Positions 34,607 to 45,312 of a DNA stretch of 64,000 nucleotides are shown piece after piece. Both the position numbers and the translations under genes were made by a program. The stretch's first letter is position 1; every line of letters begins with the position of its first letter. The DNA is from an uncultured Planctomycetaceae bacterium (GTDB lineage Bacteria > Planctomycetota > Planctomycetia > Planctomycetales > Planctomycetaceae): assembly GCA_963813715.1 (NCBI GenBank), contig CAWFAK010000005.1, positions 128,001 to 192,000 of the forward strand, read 5' to 3'. The notes under the pieces are model-generated. The model did no database searches, was not told the DNA's origin, and worked only from the letters and a program-made list of their open reading frames with translations.

Positions 34607-34843
34607 ATGGAATTGGGACTCGAACAAAAGCCGGCTCCCTTCGTCGATCGCCGGGGAACTGCTGCTACGCCGTGGGGCGACGGGGCGGAACGCCGCCAGT
34701 TCTCCAACGCGTACGACTCGTCGCGCCAGGAAGTCAACGAGATGGCGCTGGCCATCGACCAGTACAAGCTGCGGCATCGCCGCCGGTTCATCACGTTCGA
34801 AGAGCTGTACGACGTGATTGCCGGCCTGGGCTACCACAAATAA
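34607..34843 (+). CDS. Small hypothetical protein (78 aa)
   Basis: Compact ORF with coding-like composition: ERRQFSN..AIDQYKLRHRRRFITFEELYDVI..LGY. Confidence 0.7.
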   Translation: MELGLEQKPAPFVDRRGTAATPWGDGAERRQFSNAYDSSRQEVNEMALAIDQYKLRHRRRFITFEELYDVIAGLGYHK

Positions 34844-35393
34844 CGCGAGCTCGAGTCGGGCCGGCTCGCTGGAGCCGGTCCGGTCGCTCGTCCGCGTCTT
34901 TTTGCGCCTCGCTCGGCACGCGTTCGCGTCTGTGGCTGACGCCTCCGTTCGCGCTGCCCACGACCAGCGTTTTGTCTCCCGAATCGCCCCAGATCGGCGG
35001 CGATCGCCGGGTTTCGCCGCTCGCCGGGCTTTGCCAGACGGCGCGCTTTATCGCCGCCGCGCACTGCGCCGCATCAAGCCATTTGGCGGCCGATTCTTGA
35101 CCGAAATCCGGCTTCGCCAGCGGTTTTGCGTCCAAGAACTTGCACGCCGGCAGGAATTCGGCGATTTCTGCCCGTTTCGACCTCAATTTGGGCTGAGTTG
35201 AGGTTGACGCTTTGGCGATCATCGGCGAGATTTCGCCCCTCATTTCTCAAACTCGAAACCGCCCTCTCCGGCTCAATTCAATTTCACGCAACTCCGCAGG
35301 CGGGCCACCGACTCGGAATTCGGCGAATTGAATCGTTCGCAAGTCCCGTCAGACGACTCGTCAAATCCCGTTCCCGCAAGAACAGGTCACGAC

Positions 35394-36696
35394 GTGAAAC
35401 TCCAGCTCATCGTCTGCGTCCTCGTCGTTTCGGCCGGCTCCCTGCTCGCCGATGACGGTCCCTTCCCCGTTGGCCCCATCCCTGTTGGCGCCGTTGTTCC
35501 TGCTGACGGAATGCCGCTCGGCAGCGCCGGCTCCATTTGTCGGTTCGCCCGTGGAACAATCCGTCGACGCAGTTGTGCCTGTTTCCGCGATGGCGCAAGG
35601 CGGCGCGATGGCTCCGCCCGTCGTCCTGGGACCGGATGGAAGCCCCGCGGGTGCCGGATATCAGCCGCCCCTTATGGTGCAACCGGGACCCGGCGGTTGT
35701 CCCACGTGCGGCGGAGGAGCGCCGGCCTATGCGCCTCCCGGTTACCCGGCGCCGATGATGGGAGGGCCGATGATGGGAGGACCCGCGGGCGTGCCTCCGG
35801 GTGGAATGGTCGGGCCAAACTGCGGCCTTTCGATCCCTTCGCAGACGCCCGACGTCACGATGGTGCCCACGACGCCCCAGGGTCCGCTGCCGAATCGCGC
35901 GGGCTGGGTGCAGCAATATCAGTTTGGCGGCATGCCCTTTTCGGCCACGAACAACGGTTGGGGCCACTTCGCCGAGCAGACGTTTGACCTGGCCTGGAAG
36001 TACGTCACGCCGCTCGCTCCGGCTCCGCTCATCTTTTCATTCACGCAACAATACGACCTGCGATTGCTCGAAGGACCGTCGAGTCCGCAGGGCATTCCAC
36101 CGACAAATTTGCCAGGGGCCCTCGACCGCATCGGCTGGGACTTCGAATTGAAGACCAACCTGCCGAGCGAATGGAACGCCGTCGTCGGCTTTAATCCGTC
36201 GATCGACAGCGATTTCCAGAAGAGCCTCACCAAGCAAGCGTACAACTGGGACGCACGGGCCGCCTTCCTCTACTCGCCGCAACCCGACCTGACGTTTGTG
36301 TTGGGTATCTTCGAGTGGGACCGAATCAACGTGCAGGTGCTCCCCTGGGTCGGTGCCATTTACCGGCCGAACCGGTACTGGCAGTTCGACCTGGTCTTTC
36401 CGCAGTTCCGCGTGGCCACGTTCCTCTGGGACGAGTGGGGCTTCAAAACGATGCTCTACGGCCGCGTCGAATATCACTCGGAGGCGTACCAAATCTACAA
36501 CCCGGTGCTGGGCCAGCGCGACCAGGTCCAATTCACCGACTGGCGGGCGGTCCTGGGCGTCAACAAGGACCGGGGCGAGTTCGACTACTTCTTCGAGGGC
36601 GGTTGGATCTTCCACCGCGACGTCGACTTCGCCAACTCCCCACAAGGGTTCCAGGTCACGAGCGGCGTGATCGTGCAGGGCGGCCTGCGGTTCTAA
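35394..36696 (+). CDS. Putative outer-membrane beta-barrel protein with a Pro/Gly-rich N-terminus (frameshift near 35530)
   Basis: Signal peptide (MKLQLIVCVLVVSAGSLLA), alternating aromatic beta-strands and a terminal Phe (GGLRF). Confidence 0.65.
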
Positions 36697-36945
36697 GGGC
36701 GTCCTGCTTGCGAATCGTTCGGCTGGTCAGCACGTCGGCGATTCCGCGAGACTGGCCCTGTTCACGATGGCGGGTTGAGCGTCGCGACCGGGCTGAAGTT
36801 ATGCTTCGCCGGGCGATCTCGCGTGGCGCAATCCCGAACCGACGCAGGCTCTTGAACTGGTGAAGGATGCGGCCGCCGCCCACATTATAACGGCGGCCAA
36901 AGCCGGGCTTGCGTGTTCAGTCTGCAGCGTACGGATCGCCCGGTC

Positions 36946-39159
36946 TCAGGCCGCGCGGCTCGCGTCGGTCGCGGCGGGCTTTGCCGGCTCGGCCGCCGGG
37001 TCCTGAACGGACTGCTGACCCAGCTGCACCAACAGACCGCGGATGATGCGCTCGACTTCGATCTTCTCGCTGATCCACTGTTCGCGGAGCGCGTGGACCT
37101 GCTCTTCGCGCGTTCGCATCGAGCCGGCGTTTTCGGCAATCGCTCGGCTGCGGCGGTCGAACTCTTCGCGCCGCTCCTTGGCGGCGACGGCCGCTTCCTG
37201 GCTTTCCTTCGCCAGTTCGTGCCGCTGGGCTTGGATGGCCGACTGCAGAAGGGCCAGCTCTTTCCGTTCGCGCTCGACGGTGTCGCGCGCCTGTTGCGTA
37301 TCGTCCTGCAGACGGCGTTGTGTTTCGGCAAGGCGCCGCTTGGCCGTTTCGCCTCCGGCCGCCTCGGAAAACTGGGCCCAGACCTCTTCGATGGCCATCC
37401 GCATCTCGAGCGTGGCCCGGTGCGTTTCTTCCAATTCCGTCCGCAGTCCCTCGAGCCGTTCTCGACGCTTGTCGAGGCGGTCGCTTTCGGCGGCTACCGC
37501 CGTCTCCCGTCGCTCGAGTTCGGCTTCCCGTTCCTGTCGCAGCTCAACCCAGGCGTCGCGCTCGCGCGTGAATTCCTCTTCGCGACTGGCCAGATCGGTT
37601 TCGCGGCCTTGGTGCTGATCAGCCTTGAGAGAATGTTCTCGTTCCAGCGACTGTTCGCGTTCTTCGATCAGCGCCCGCACGTGCGCCACCTGCTCGAAGC
37701 GCAGCCGGCAGGCGGCTTCCCGCGCTTCGAGATCGGTCCGATCGGACTGGTGCTGGCGCCGCAGCTCGTTCTGCGCCGCCTCGACTTCCTGACGCGCTTT
37801 TTGCAGATGTTCCTGCTGGAAGCGGAGGCGGTTCTCGAGCAGGTTGCGCTCCTGTTCGAGGCGACCCAGCTGCTCGCGGTGCTGCTCTTCGAGCTTTCGC
37901 TGCTCTTCGCGCAGGTTCTGCTCGCGAGCGTCGACGCGCTGCTTCAGATCTTCTTCGATGCGGGAACGCACGCTATCCAAATCGCGTCGGGACGTCTCGA
38001 TCTCATCCCGCACGGCGGCTCGCTCACGCTCGATCTCCTCGATCTGAATTCGCTTGAGCTCGCCCAGTTCGTCGGAGAACCGCCGGCGATCGGTTTCGAG
38101 CTTCTCGCGATCGGCCGCCAACGATTGGCGGGCGGCCAGATCCTGGGCTTCGAAGGTTTCGCGTTCGCGGCGGAGCTCGTCGAATTCCCGGCGTCGCACC
38201 GCGTGCATTTCTTCCTGGGCACGTTCGGAAGCCGACTGCGAGACTTCGCGCCGCTTGGAAAGCTCCTCGTCCTCCTGGCTTCGCCGTCGGTCCCAGGCGG
38301 CCTTTTCCGCCTCGAACGCGGCTCGTTCGGCCGCCGCCTGCGTGTCGAGTTGTGCTCGCTGCGAGTTTCGCTCGTTGGTCAGTTGGGCCTGCAGCGAGCG
38401 GACCATTTCCTCCCGCTCGCGGCGGCGTTTTTCGATTTCTTCCGCCAGGGCACGGCGTTCTTCGTCGAGAGCCTGCTGGGTCTGCTGGATGGCGATCCGT
38501 TCGACCTCTAACTCGCGGTCGACCATGGACCGCAGGCCGGACCGCTCCGACGACATCTGATCGCGGAGCCCCAGGACGAGCCGCTCCTGCTCTTCCAAAT
38601 CACTGACGAGCGACTCGCAGGCGCCGATCTTTTCGTTGAGGGCCTCCTCGCGGGCCTTGCATTCGGCCTGCCGCTTGAGCATCTCCTCTTCGAATTCCTG
38701 CACCCACATCCGGGCGGTGCGCCATTCCTGGTCCAAGAGCGCATGTTGCTCGTGCAAGGCCGACTCGCGACGCTCCAGATCCTGTCGTTCGGTCCGCAGA
38801 TGAGCGGCGATCTGGCCGGTTTGTCGCAGCACTTCCTCTTCGCGACGCGAAAAAGGAGCCGCCGGCGTCCCCCGCGCTGCTGCGCCCGACAGATCTTTCC
38901 GCAGTGTCGAGTCGGCCCCGGTTACGGCGGTCGGCGCTGTCGTCTGCGGGGGTGCTGCTTCCTCGCGTGCCGGAGGCACCGCCAGGTGCGCGCGATCGAT
39001 GCGGCGTTGGGTGATTTCTGCGGGAGTTCCGTCCGCGGCGGCCGGCGGTTGCTTCGAGTCCAGTAGTTGCCCGGCGATGCGGCGCAAGAACGAAGTCGTG
39101 GGGCCCGCCGGCAGGGGAGGCGAATTCCGGTCGCGTGGATTGCGAACTGGATCGCTCAT
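36946..39159 (-). CDS. Long coiled-coil protein
   Basis: About 600 aa of E/R/Q/L heptad-rich sequence after a Pro/Ala-rich N-terminus; no ATPase motif. Confidence 0.8.
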   Translation of the reverse strand: MSDPVRNPRDRNSPPLPAGPTTSFLRRIAGQLLDSKQPPAAADGTPAEITQRRIDRAHLAVPPAREEAAPPQTTAPTAVTGADSTLRKDLSGAAARGTPAAPFSRREEEVLRQTGQIAAHLRTERQDLERRESALHEQHALLDQEWRTARMWVQEFEEEMLKRQAECKAREEALNEKIGACESLVSDLEEQERLVLGLRDQMSSERSGLRSMVDRELEVERIAIQQTQQALDEERRALAEEIEKRRREREEMVRSLQAQLTNERNSQRAQLDTQAAAERAAFEAEKAAWDRRRSQEDEELSKRREVSQSASERAQEEMHAVRRREFDELRRERETFEAQDLAARQSLAADREKLETDRRRFSDELGELKRIQIEEIERERAAVRDEIETSRRDLDSVRSRIEEDLKQRVDAREQNLREEQRKLEEQHREQLGRLEQERNLLENRLRFQQEHLQKARQEVEAAQNELRRQHQSDRTDLEAREAACRLRFEQVAHVRALIEEREQSLEREHSLKADQHQGRETDLASREEEFTRERDAWVELRQEREAELERRETAVAAESDRLDKRRERLEGLRTELEETHRATLEMRMAIEEVWAQFSEAAGGETAKRRLAETQRRLQDDTQQARDTVERERKELALLQSAIQAQRHELAKESQEAAVAAKERREEFDRRSRAIAENAGSMRTREEQVHALREQWISEKIEVERIIRGLLVQLGQQSVQDPAAEPAKPAATDASRAA

Positions 39160-39331
39160 TTTGGGAATCCTTTCCCCGGGCGAGCTTGGGCGTGCGGTCG
39201 GATCGGCCAGCTTGATTCCGGCCCGATCGAACCGGCGACTTCGGCCGAGCCGATCCATCGGCTCGATCCGGTCGCATGTTTCAGGTCTGCCTGAGCGTCA
39301 GCCGCGGCTCCCGCCCAGGCGAAATCGTCGC

Positions 39332-39679
39332 TCAGGCGAGCTTCGCGCTTTTGTCCGCGTGGTTATTGAGCAGTGAGACCAACTTGTCCTTGGGGACCAG
39401 TCCCACCTGGCGATCGACGGCCTTGCCATCTTTGAACAAGATCACCGTCGGGATGCCCTGAATGTTGTACTGTGTGGGGGTGACGTTGTTTTCGTCGGTG
39501 TTCATCTTGCCGATGCGCACCTTGCCCGCGAATTCCCCGGCCAGCTCTTCGATCGTCGGCGCGAGGCGCAGACACGGTCCGCACCAGGGCGCCCAGAAAT
39601 CAACGAGCACCGGTTCGCTGGAATCGAGCACTTCGGCCTTGAAATTGGCGTCGGTAAATTCTTTGAGTCCTTGAGCCAT
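39332..39679 (-). CDS. trxA: Thioredoxin
   Basis: DFWAPWCGPC and GIPT motifs. Confidence 0.97.
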   Translation of the reverse strand: MAQGLKEFTDANFKAEVLDSSEPVLVDFWAPWCGPCLRLAPTIEELAGEFAGKVRIGKMNTDENNVTPTQYNIQGIPTVILFKDGKAVDRQVGLVPKDKLVSLLNNHADKSAKLA

Positions 39680-39819
39680 GACGGATCCCTATTTGCTGCC
39701 TGCGAGGCTCGTACGCTCGGTTCGACCTCGAGCCGGGACCGACCGGCTCGCTGTCACCAGGCAGTGCCTCGCGACCTCGAACATACCTCTATTATTTTCG
39801 TGGTTTTGCTTGCGGGGGG

Positions 39820-39847
39820 ATTATAGGGGAATCGGCTAGTGTGTCAA
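39820..39847 (-). promoter_or_regulatory. Sigma-70 promoter of trxA
   Basis: Perfect TTGACA (39847-39842), 16-nt spacer, TATAAT (39825-39820) on the minus strand. Confidence 0.8.
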
Positions 39848-40010
39848 CTTTTGCCTGGTTGCCAGCGTCGCCGTAAAGTTTTTCGGCTGCGGAAGATTCG
39901 GCTGCGAAGGGAGACCAGGGACAGGCCCCAGCTTGCATCCCCCCGATCCGTGCGGTTAGCCTCGTTAGTGCCGCAATTGCCGGAGCGTTGATTTTTTCTG
40001 AGGACGGGCC

Positions 40011-40694
40011 TTGACCGAAAAACACGAAATTCGTCCCCTGCCAGAGTCGCTGCAAGCGGCCCATTCGGCTGGGGATTCTGGTCTCCGGCGGGGGGTCGAA
40101 CCTCGCGAATCTGCTGAAATGCCGGGAAAACGGCGCTGCTGAAGGCCGATTTTCCGTTGGTGATTGCCAGCCGGCCTGATTGCCGGGGCCTCGAAATCGC
40201 CCACAAAGCCGGCATCCGCGCGGAAACTGTTTGTCGCAAGGACTTTAAGAGTACCGAGGACTTCAGCGCAGCGGATCTTCTCCTTGCTCCGCGAGGTGGA
40301 GGCCGACTTGGTCGTCCTGGCCGGCTACCTGTGCCTGCTCCGCGTGCCGCCGGATTTCGAGAATCGGGTGATGAACATCCACCCGGCACTCATCCCATCG
40401 TTCTGCGGCAAAGGGCTTTACGGGATGAAAGTGCACGAAGCGGTGTTGGCGCGAGGCTCGAAGCTCAGCGGCTGCACCGTGCATTTCGCCGACAATCTCT
40501 ACGATCACGGGCCGATCATCGTCCAGAAGACGGTGCCCGTGCTCGAGGATGACACTCCGCAAACTCTGGCCGCCCGGGTCTATCAGGCTGAATGCCAGGC
40601 CTTTCCCGAAGCGATCCGCCTGTTTGCCGAGGCCCGACTGGTCGTCAGCGAGAGCCGCTGTCGCATCGTCGACGGCAATGGGTCCGCCCACTAG
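40011..40694 (+). CDS. purN: Phosphoribosylglycinamide formyltransferase (several frameshifts, start approximate)
   Basis: ILVSGGGSNL, VLAGY, NIHPALIPSF.G, GCTVH and YDHGPII motifs. Confidence 0.9.
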
Positions 40695-40809
40695 GCGGTC
40701 GCCCGACCCTCTCGAGCGACTCTGTTCCGATCGCAGCCATTCGTCGCTGCGAGAAGGCCGCTGAACCCACCCGCGATCCGGCACGCTCAATAATGATAGA
40801 ATATGACGT

Positions 40810-40833
40810 AATCTGATTGATATCGATCAGATT
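40810..40833. promoter_or_regulatory. Candidate DeoR operator upstream of the BMC operon
   Basis: AATCTGAT-T-GATATC-G-ATCAGATT, a 24-bp palindrome with one mismatched pair, in an AT-rich patch 50 bp upstream of the regulator. Confidence 0.65.
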
Positions 40834-40883
40834 GCGCGGTAATCTATCAGTGGTCATCGGGACGCAAGGGAGGCTGGCGGCGG

Positions 40884-41646
40884 ATGCTCGTCGATCAAAG
40901 ACGGCAGCAAATCCTAGAATTTACGGAAAAAGGCGGGTTTGTCTCGCTCGCCCAGCTCGTCGAGCGGGTCGGGGCCAGCGAATCGACCGTGCGACGGGAT
41001 TTGGAGTTTCTTGACGGAATTGGACAGATTCGCCGCACGCGAGGAGGCGCGGCTTACGTCGGCGAGTCGATCACGCCCTTCGAGGTCCGCGGGACGCGGG
41101 CCAGGGAGCAAAAGGAGGTCGTCGCCGCGGCGGCTGCCGCGCTGATCGAGCCGGGCGAAACCGTCCTGCTCGACGGCGGGACGACGACGCTCGGAGCTCG
41201 CCAAGCAGCTGGTCGGCAGGCCCCTGCAGGTGGTGACCAACTCCCTGCCGATCGTCAACGTCCTGATGAGTTCTCCGCAGACCGAGCTGATTGTGATCGG
41301 TGGCTTCTTGTATCCGAAAACGGGCGTCAACCTGGGACCGATCGCGGTGGCCGCACTCAAAAGCATTCATGCCCGCCGGCTCTTTGTCAGCGCGGGCGGA
41401 ATCACTCCGGCCGGTCTCTTCAACAGCAACGCACTCTTGGTCGAGACCGAACGCCAGATGATCGAGTCGGCCGAAGAGCTGATCGTGGTTTCCGACAGCT
41501 CGAAGCTCGGTCACTCGGCCCTCGCCCATCTCTGCCCGCTCGACGTCGTCGATCGGCTGGTGATCGACGAGGGCATCAGCGACGAGTGGAAACAGATCGT
41601 GCAGCGGGCCGACATCGAACTGACCGTGGCGAGGAACGAGCAGTGA
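40884..41646 (+). CDS. DeoR/GlpR family regulator of the PV-BMC operon (frameshift near 41192)
   Basis: [19 protein letters not shown]; DeoRC motifs LDGGTTT, VTNSLP and DSSKLG. Confidence 0.92.
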
Positions 41647-42374
41647 CGACAATGCTGGCCGGCACGCAATCGGGTCGCCCGACAGTCGATCGCCCCACGA
41701 TTGATCGAACGGAGATCGAGCGGATCGTCCGCGACGTCATCGTGCGGCAACTCGGCGGAGGCAACGGGCAGCCGAAACCCAATCCGCTCGTCGTGAATAT
41801 CTCCGCCCGACACGTCCATCTCACGGACGAGCACGTCCGCATTCTGTTCGGCAAGGACGAGCTCGAGCCGATCAAGCCGCTGTATCAGGACGGCTTTTAC
41901 GCGGCGAAGGAGGCGGTGGCCGTCGTCGGGCCGCGGATGCGGATGATTCCCAACGTCCGCGTGCTGGGTCCGTGCCGCGGCGATTCGCAGGTCGAGCTGG
42001 CCTTCACCGACGGCATCTCGCTCGGCATCGAGCTGCCCGTGCGGATCAGCGGCGACATTCAGGGCACGCCCGGCTGCGTGCTCGTCGGGCCGGCGGGAGT
42101 CGTCGAGCTGAAACAGGGCGTGATCCGCGCGATGCGGCACGTCCACATGGGTCCGGCCGATCTGGCGCACTACGGCGTGAAGAACGGCGAATCGATGAAC
42201 CTGCGGATCGCCTCGCGCGGCTGCACGACGGTGCTCGAAGACCTGGTGATTCGCGCCGGCGACAACATCAAGCTTGAAGTGCATTTGGATACGGACGAAG
42301 GAAATGCCGTCAATCTGGAGGGGGCGACCGAGGTGGAATTGGTCAAACCGCACGGATGCCAGTGTCAGCATTGA
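41643..42374 (+). CDS. pduL: PduL-type phosphotransacylase with N-terminal encapsulation peptide
   Basis: SARHVHL, RVLGPCR..QVE, RHVHM and HLDTDEGNA motifs; GTGA overlap with the DeoR stop. Confidence 0.93.
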   Translation: MTTMLAGTQSGRPTVDRPTIDRTEIERIVRDVIVRQLGGGNGQPKPNPLVVNISARHVHLTDEHVRILFGKDELEPIKPLYQDGFYAAKEAVAVVGPRMRMIPNVRVLGPCRGDSQVELAFTDGISLGIELPVRISGDIQGTPGCVLVGPAGVVELKQGVIRAMRHVHMGPADLAHYGVKNGESMNLRIASRGCTTVLEDLVIRAGDNIKLEVHLDTDEGNAVNLEGATEVELVKPHGCQCQH

Positions 42375-42424
42375 GAAATGAATTGGCGGTCGCCGTCGCG
42401 TTGGCGTCGCTGATCGCTTGAAGA

Positions 42425-42447
42425 CACTGGCGGGCAAGCCGCCAGTG
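42425..42447. repeat. REP-like hairpin between pduL and the first BMC-H gene
   Basis: CACTGGCGG-GCAAG-CCGCCAGTG; a related inverted copy sits at 55079-55110. Confidence 0.6.
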
Positions 42448-42483
42448 CCACCCATCAAACAACTACTTTTCGGGAGACTGCTC

Positions 42484-42771
42484 ATGGCGAAAGTGATGGA
42501 AGCCCTGGGGATGATCGAGACCAAGGGGCTGGTGGCGTTGATTGAAGCGGCCGACTCGATGCTCAAAGCGGCCAACGTGCAAATGGTCGGCTGGGAGAAG
42601 GTCGGCAGCGGACTTGTGACGGCCTTCGTCGTCGGCGATGTGGCGGCGGTGAAGGCGGCCGTCGACGCGGGCGCGAGCGCGGCCGGCAAGATCGGCGAAG
42701 TCGTCAGCGTGCAGGTCATTCCGCGTCCGCACGAAGAGCTGGCGGCCGTGTTGCCCAAGGTCAAAGCCTGA
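42484..42771 (+). CDS. BMC-H hexameric shell protein
   Basis: [34 protein letters not shown]. Confidence 0.97.
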   Translation: MAKVMEALGMIETKGLVALIEAADSMLKAANVQMVGWEKVGSGLVTAFVVGDVAAVKAAVDAGASAAGKIGEVVSVQVIPRPHEELAAVLPKVKA

Positions 42772-42817
42772 GCCTCTCGCACAGTTACCGCGCAGATTTG
42801 AAAATCCTGGAGGAACC

Positions 42818-43083
42818 ATGAACGAAGCCATTGGATTGATCGAGACGAAGGGGCTTGTCGCCCAAATCGAGGCGGCCGACGCCATGCTCAAGGCGGCCCA
42901 CGTGACCCTGGTGAAGCAGATCCAGATCGGCGGCGCCTACGTGACCACCGTCATTCGCGGCGACGTCGGCTCAGTGCGGGCCGCGGTCGACGCGGGCGCT
43001 GCGGCGGCCAGCGCCGTCGGCGAGCTGGTGAGCGCCCATCTGATTCCGCGCCGGAGAAGGGCCTGATGGAGAAGTTCGTCTAA
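42818..43083 (+). CDS. BMC-H hexameric shell protein (3' frameshift near 43052)
   Basis: [40 protein letters not shown]. The corrected end is ..GLMEKFV*. Confidence 0.95.
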
Positions 43084-43131
43084 CTCGCCGTAGTAGATGA
43101 TCTACTGCAGCCTGTCGCCCGGATGCGTCGC

Positions 43132-44341
43132 ATGAAAATCCTCGTCGCCAACTTGGGCTCAACCAGCTTCAAGTACCGGCTGTTCGATCTGCCCGGCGAG
43201 ACACAGCTCGCGCGGGGCGGCATCGATCGGATTGGACAGGATCGGATCGGGGAGCGGACGGGGCATTGCTTCGTGCAGATCGGCGAGAATCGCGAGGAGA
43301 CGAAGCGGAGCTGTGCCGATCATGCGGAAGCCGTCCGCATCTGCCTCGAGCAACTGACGAACCCCGAGTGGGGTTGCCTGAAGTCGGTGAGCGAAGTGGC
43401 GGCCATCGGATTCAAGGCGGTCTTTGCCGGGCGCCTGAGCGGCGTGCGGCTGGTCAACGAAGAGTTGCTCTCGACGATGGAAACGCTGGCCACCGTCGCT
43501 CCCGCGCACAACCCGCCCTACGCGCGGGCCATGCGCGAGCTGCAGCAAGCCTTTCCACAGATGCCGCTGGTGGCCGCGCTCGAAACGGGATTTCACGAAA
43601 CGATTCCGGAGGCCAATCGCATTTATGCGGTGCCCTACGAGTGGAAGACCGAGCACGACGTGCAGCGTTGGGGCTTTCACGGGGCCAGTCACCGCTATAT
43701 CGCCGGTCGCATCGGCGAAATCCTCGGGCGGGACGATCTTCGGGTGATCTCCTGCCACCTCGGAGGGAGCAACTCGCTGTGCGCGATCCGCGCCGGCCAG
43801 TCGCTGGCAACGACCATGGGAATGAGCCCGCAAACCGGACTGCCGCACAACAACCGCGTCGGTGATTTCGATCCATTTGCCCTCCCCGTGCTGATGCAGG
43901 CGACCGGCAAGAGCATGGAGACGCTCCTGGAGGAGCTGGCCGAGCAGAGCGGCCTGTTGGGCATCAGCGGGTTAAGCGGCGATGTGCGCGACCTGGAAGA
44001 GGCAGCCGCCAAGGGCCACGCGCGAGCCGACCTGGCACTCGAGGCCTTCGTGGCGTCGATCCGTCATTACGTCGGCGCATCTCTGATGGTGCTGGGCGGG
44101 GCCGACGCGATCGTCTTCACGGGCGGCATCGGCGAGAACAGTCGGCGTGTTCGCTGTGGCGTGTGTTGCGACATGGAATGGACCGGACTGCGGCTCGATC
44201 CGGCGCAACGAGTCGGCCAAGGGCGAGGCTCGCATCTCGGCCGACGACAGCCGCATGGAAGCCTGGATCGTGCCGACGAACGAAGAGTTGGTGGTGGCCC
44301 GTCAGGCCGCCGAGTTGATTGGCAGGCAGCAGCGCGACTGA
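43132..44341 (+). CDS. ackA: Acetate/propionate kinase (frameshift near 44205)
   Basis: [35 protein letters not shown] and PTNEE motifs. Confidence 0.93.
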
Positions 44342-44375
44342 GCGGGGCCCATTGGACCCCCGACGGGAGGCAGCA

Positions 44376-44702
44376 ATGTTTTTGGGACGAATCACAGGCA
44401 GCCTGGTGGCGACGCAAAAGGTCGAGTCGATGATCGGCCAGAAGCTGCTCGTCGTCGAGCCGTTGCGGGTGAACGAAAAAGACCAAAGCGATCTCGTGCC
44501 CACCGGCCGAACGTTTGTCGCCGTCGACACCGTCGGCGCCGGCGAGGGGGAGATCGTCCTCTGTGTGCAGGGATCGAGCGCCCGCTTTACCCCGGAGACT
44601 AAACAGCTGCCGATCGACGCGGCCGTGATCGGAATTGTCGATCGCGTGCAAGTCGGCCCGAACACCGTTTTCAGTGCCCGCGCGACCTCGAGTCGCACCT
44701 AA
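44376..44702 (+). CDS. BMC-P vertex protein (EutN/CcmL family) 1
   Basis: [43 protein letters not shown]. Confidence 0.95.
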   Translation: MFLGRITGSLVATQKVESMIGQKLLVVEPLRVNEKDQSDLVPTGRTFVAVDTVGAGEGEIVLCVQGSSARFTPETKQLPIDAAVIGIVDRVQVGPNTVFSARATSSRT

Positions 44703-44754
44703 CCAAATCTACGCGACCCTGAGTCGCGCCGAGAACTTTCCCGCAGGATGAGCC

Positions 44755-45265
44755 GTGTCGCAAGCCGAAGGACAATTGCCGAGCGAACAGGTGCCGTTCC
44801 GGACGATTCAAATCGTCATCGGCGCGTTGATGTTCGGCGCACTGGTGTTCGCGGTGATCGCCTACTCCGTCGCACAGCCGCCGCGGGCGGGCAACGAGCT
44901 GCTGGCTTACGTTGCCGCGGGTTTTGCGGGGCTTCAGCTCGTGATGAGCCTTGTCGTGCCCGCCGTTGCGATCCGTCAAAAGCTGCAGGAGCTGCAGGCC
45001 CGCAGTTCGGCCAGTGGTCCGGTTTTGGCCATGGATTACTTCAACGTCTATCAGACGCGGGTCGATCGTGCGGGCCGCCCTGCTCGAGAGCGCGGCGTTC
45101 TTTGGCGGCATCGCCTACATCATCAGCGGGCTCTGGTGGATTCTCGCCACGGCGCTCGCGTTGATTGCCGTCATCGGCATCTTCTTTCCCACGAGGAGTC
45201 GTTTCGACGACTGGGTCCGCGAGCAGCGGGAGCTGGCCTCGCTCGATAACGCCACGGGTGTCTGA
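44755..45265 (+). CDS. Hypothetical 4-TM membrane protein inside the BMC operon (frameshift near 45062)
   Basis: Hydrophobic helices in ORFs 44755..45249 and 44951..45265 (IVRAALLESAAFF..FFPTRSRFDDW). Confidence 0.7.
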
Positions 45266-45312
45266 CTCACAACCGAAATTATGAACATTCAACTTTGGGA
45301 TAAGGTCCGTTC

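Noticed and set aside
40884..42374. DeoR-PduL fusion suggested by the 496-aa ORF
   Set aside because: Artefact of a frameshift near 41192. DeoR continues in ORF 41230..41646 and PduL starts at 41643/41652.
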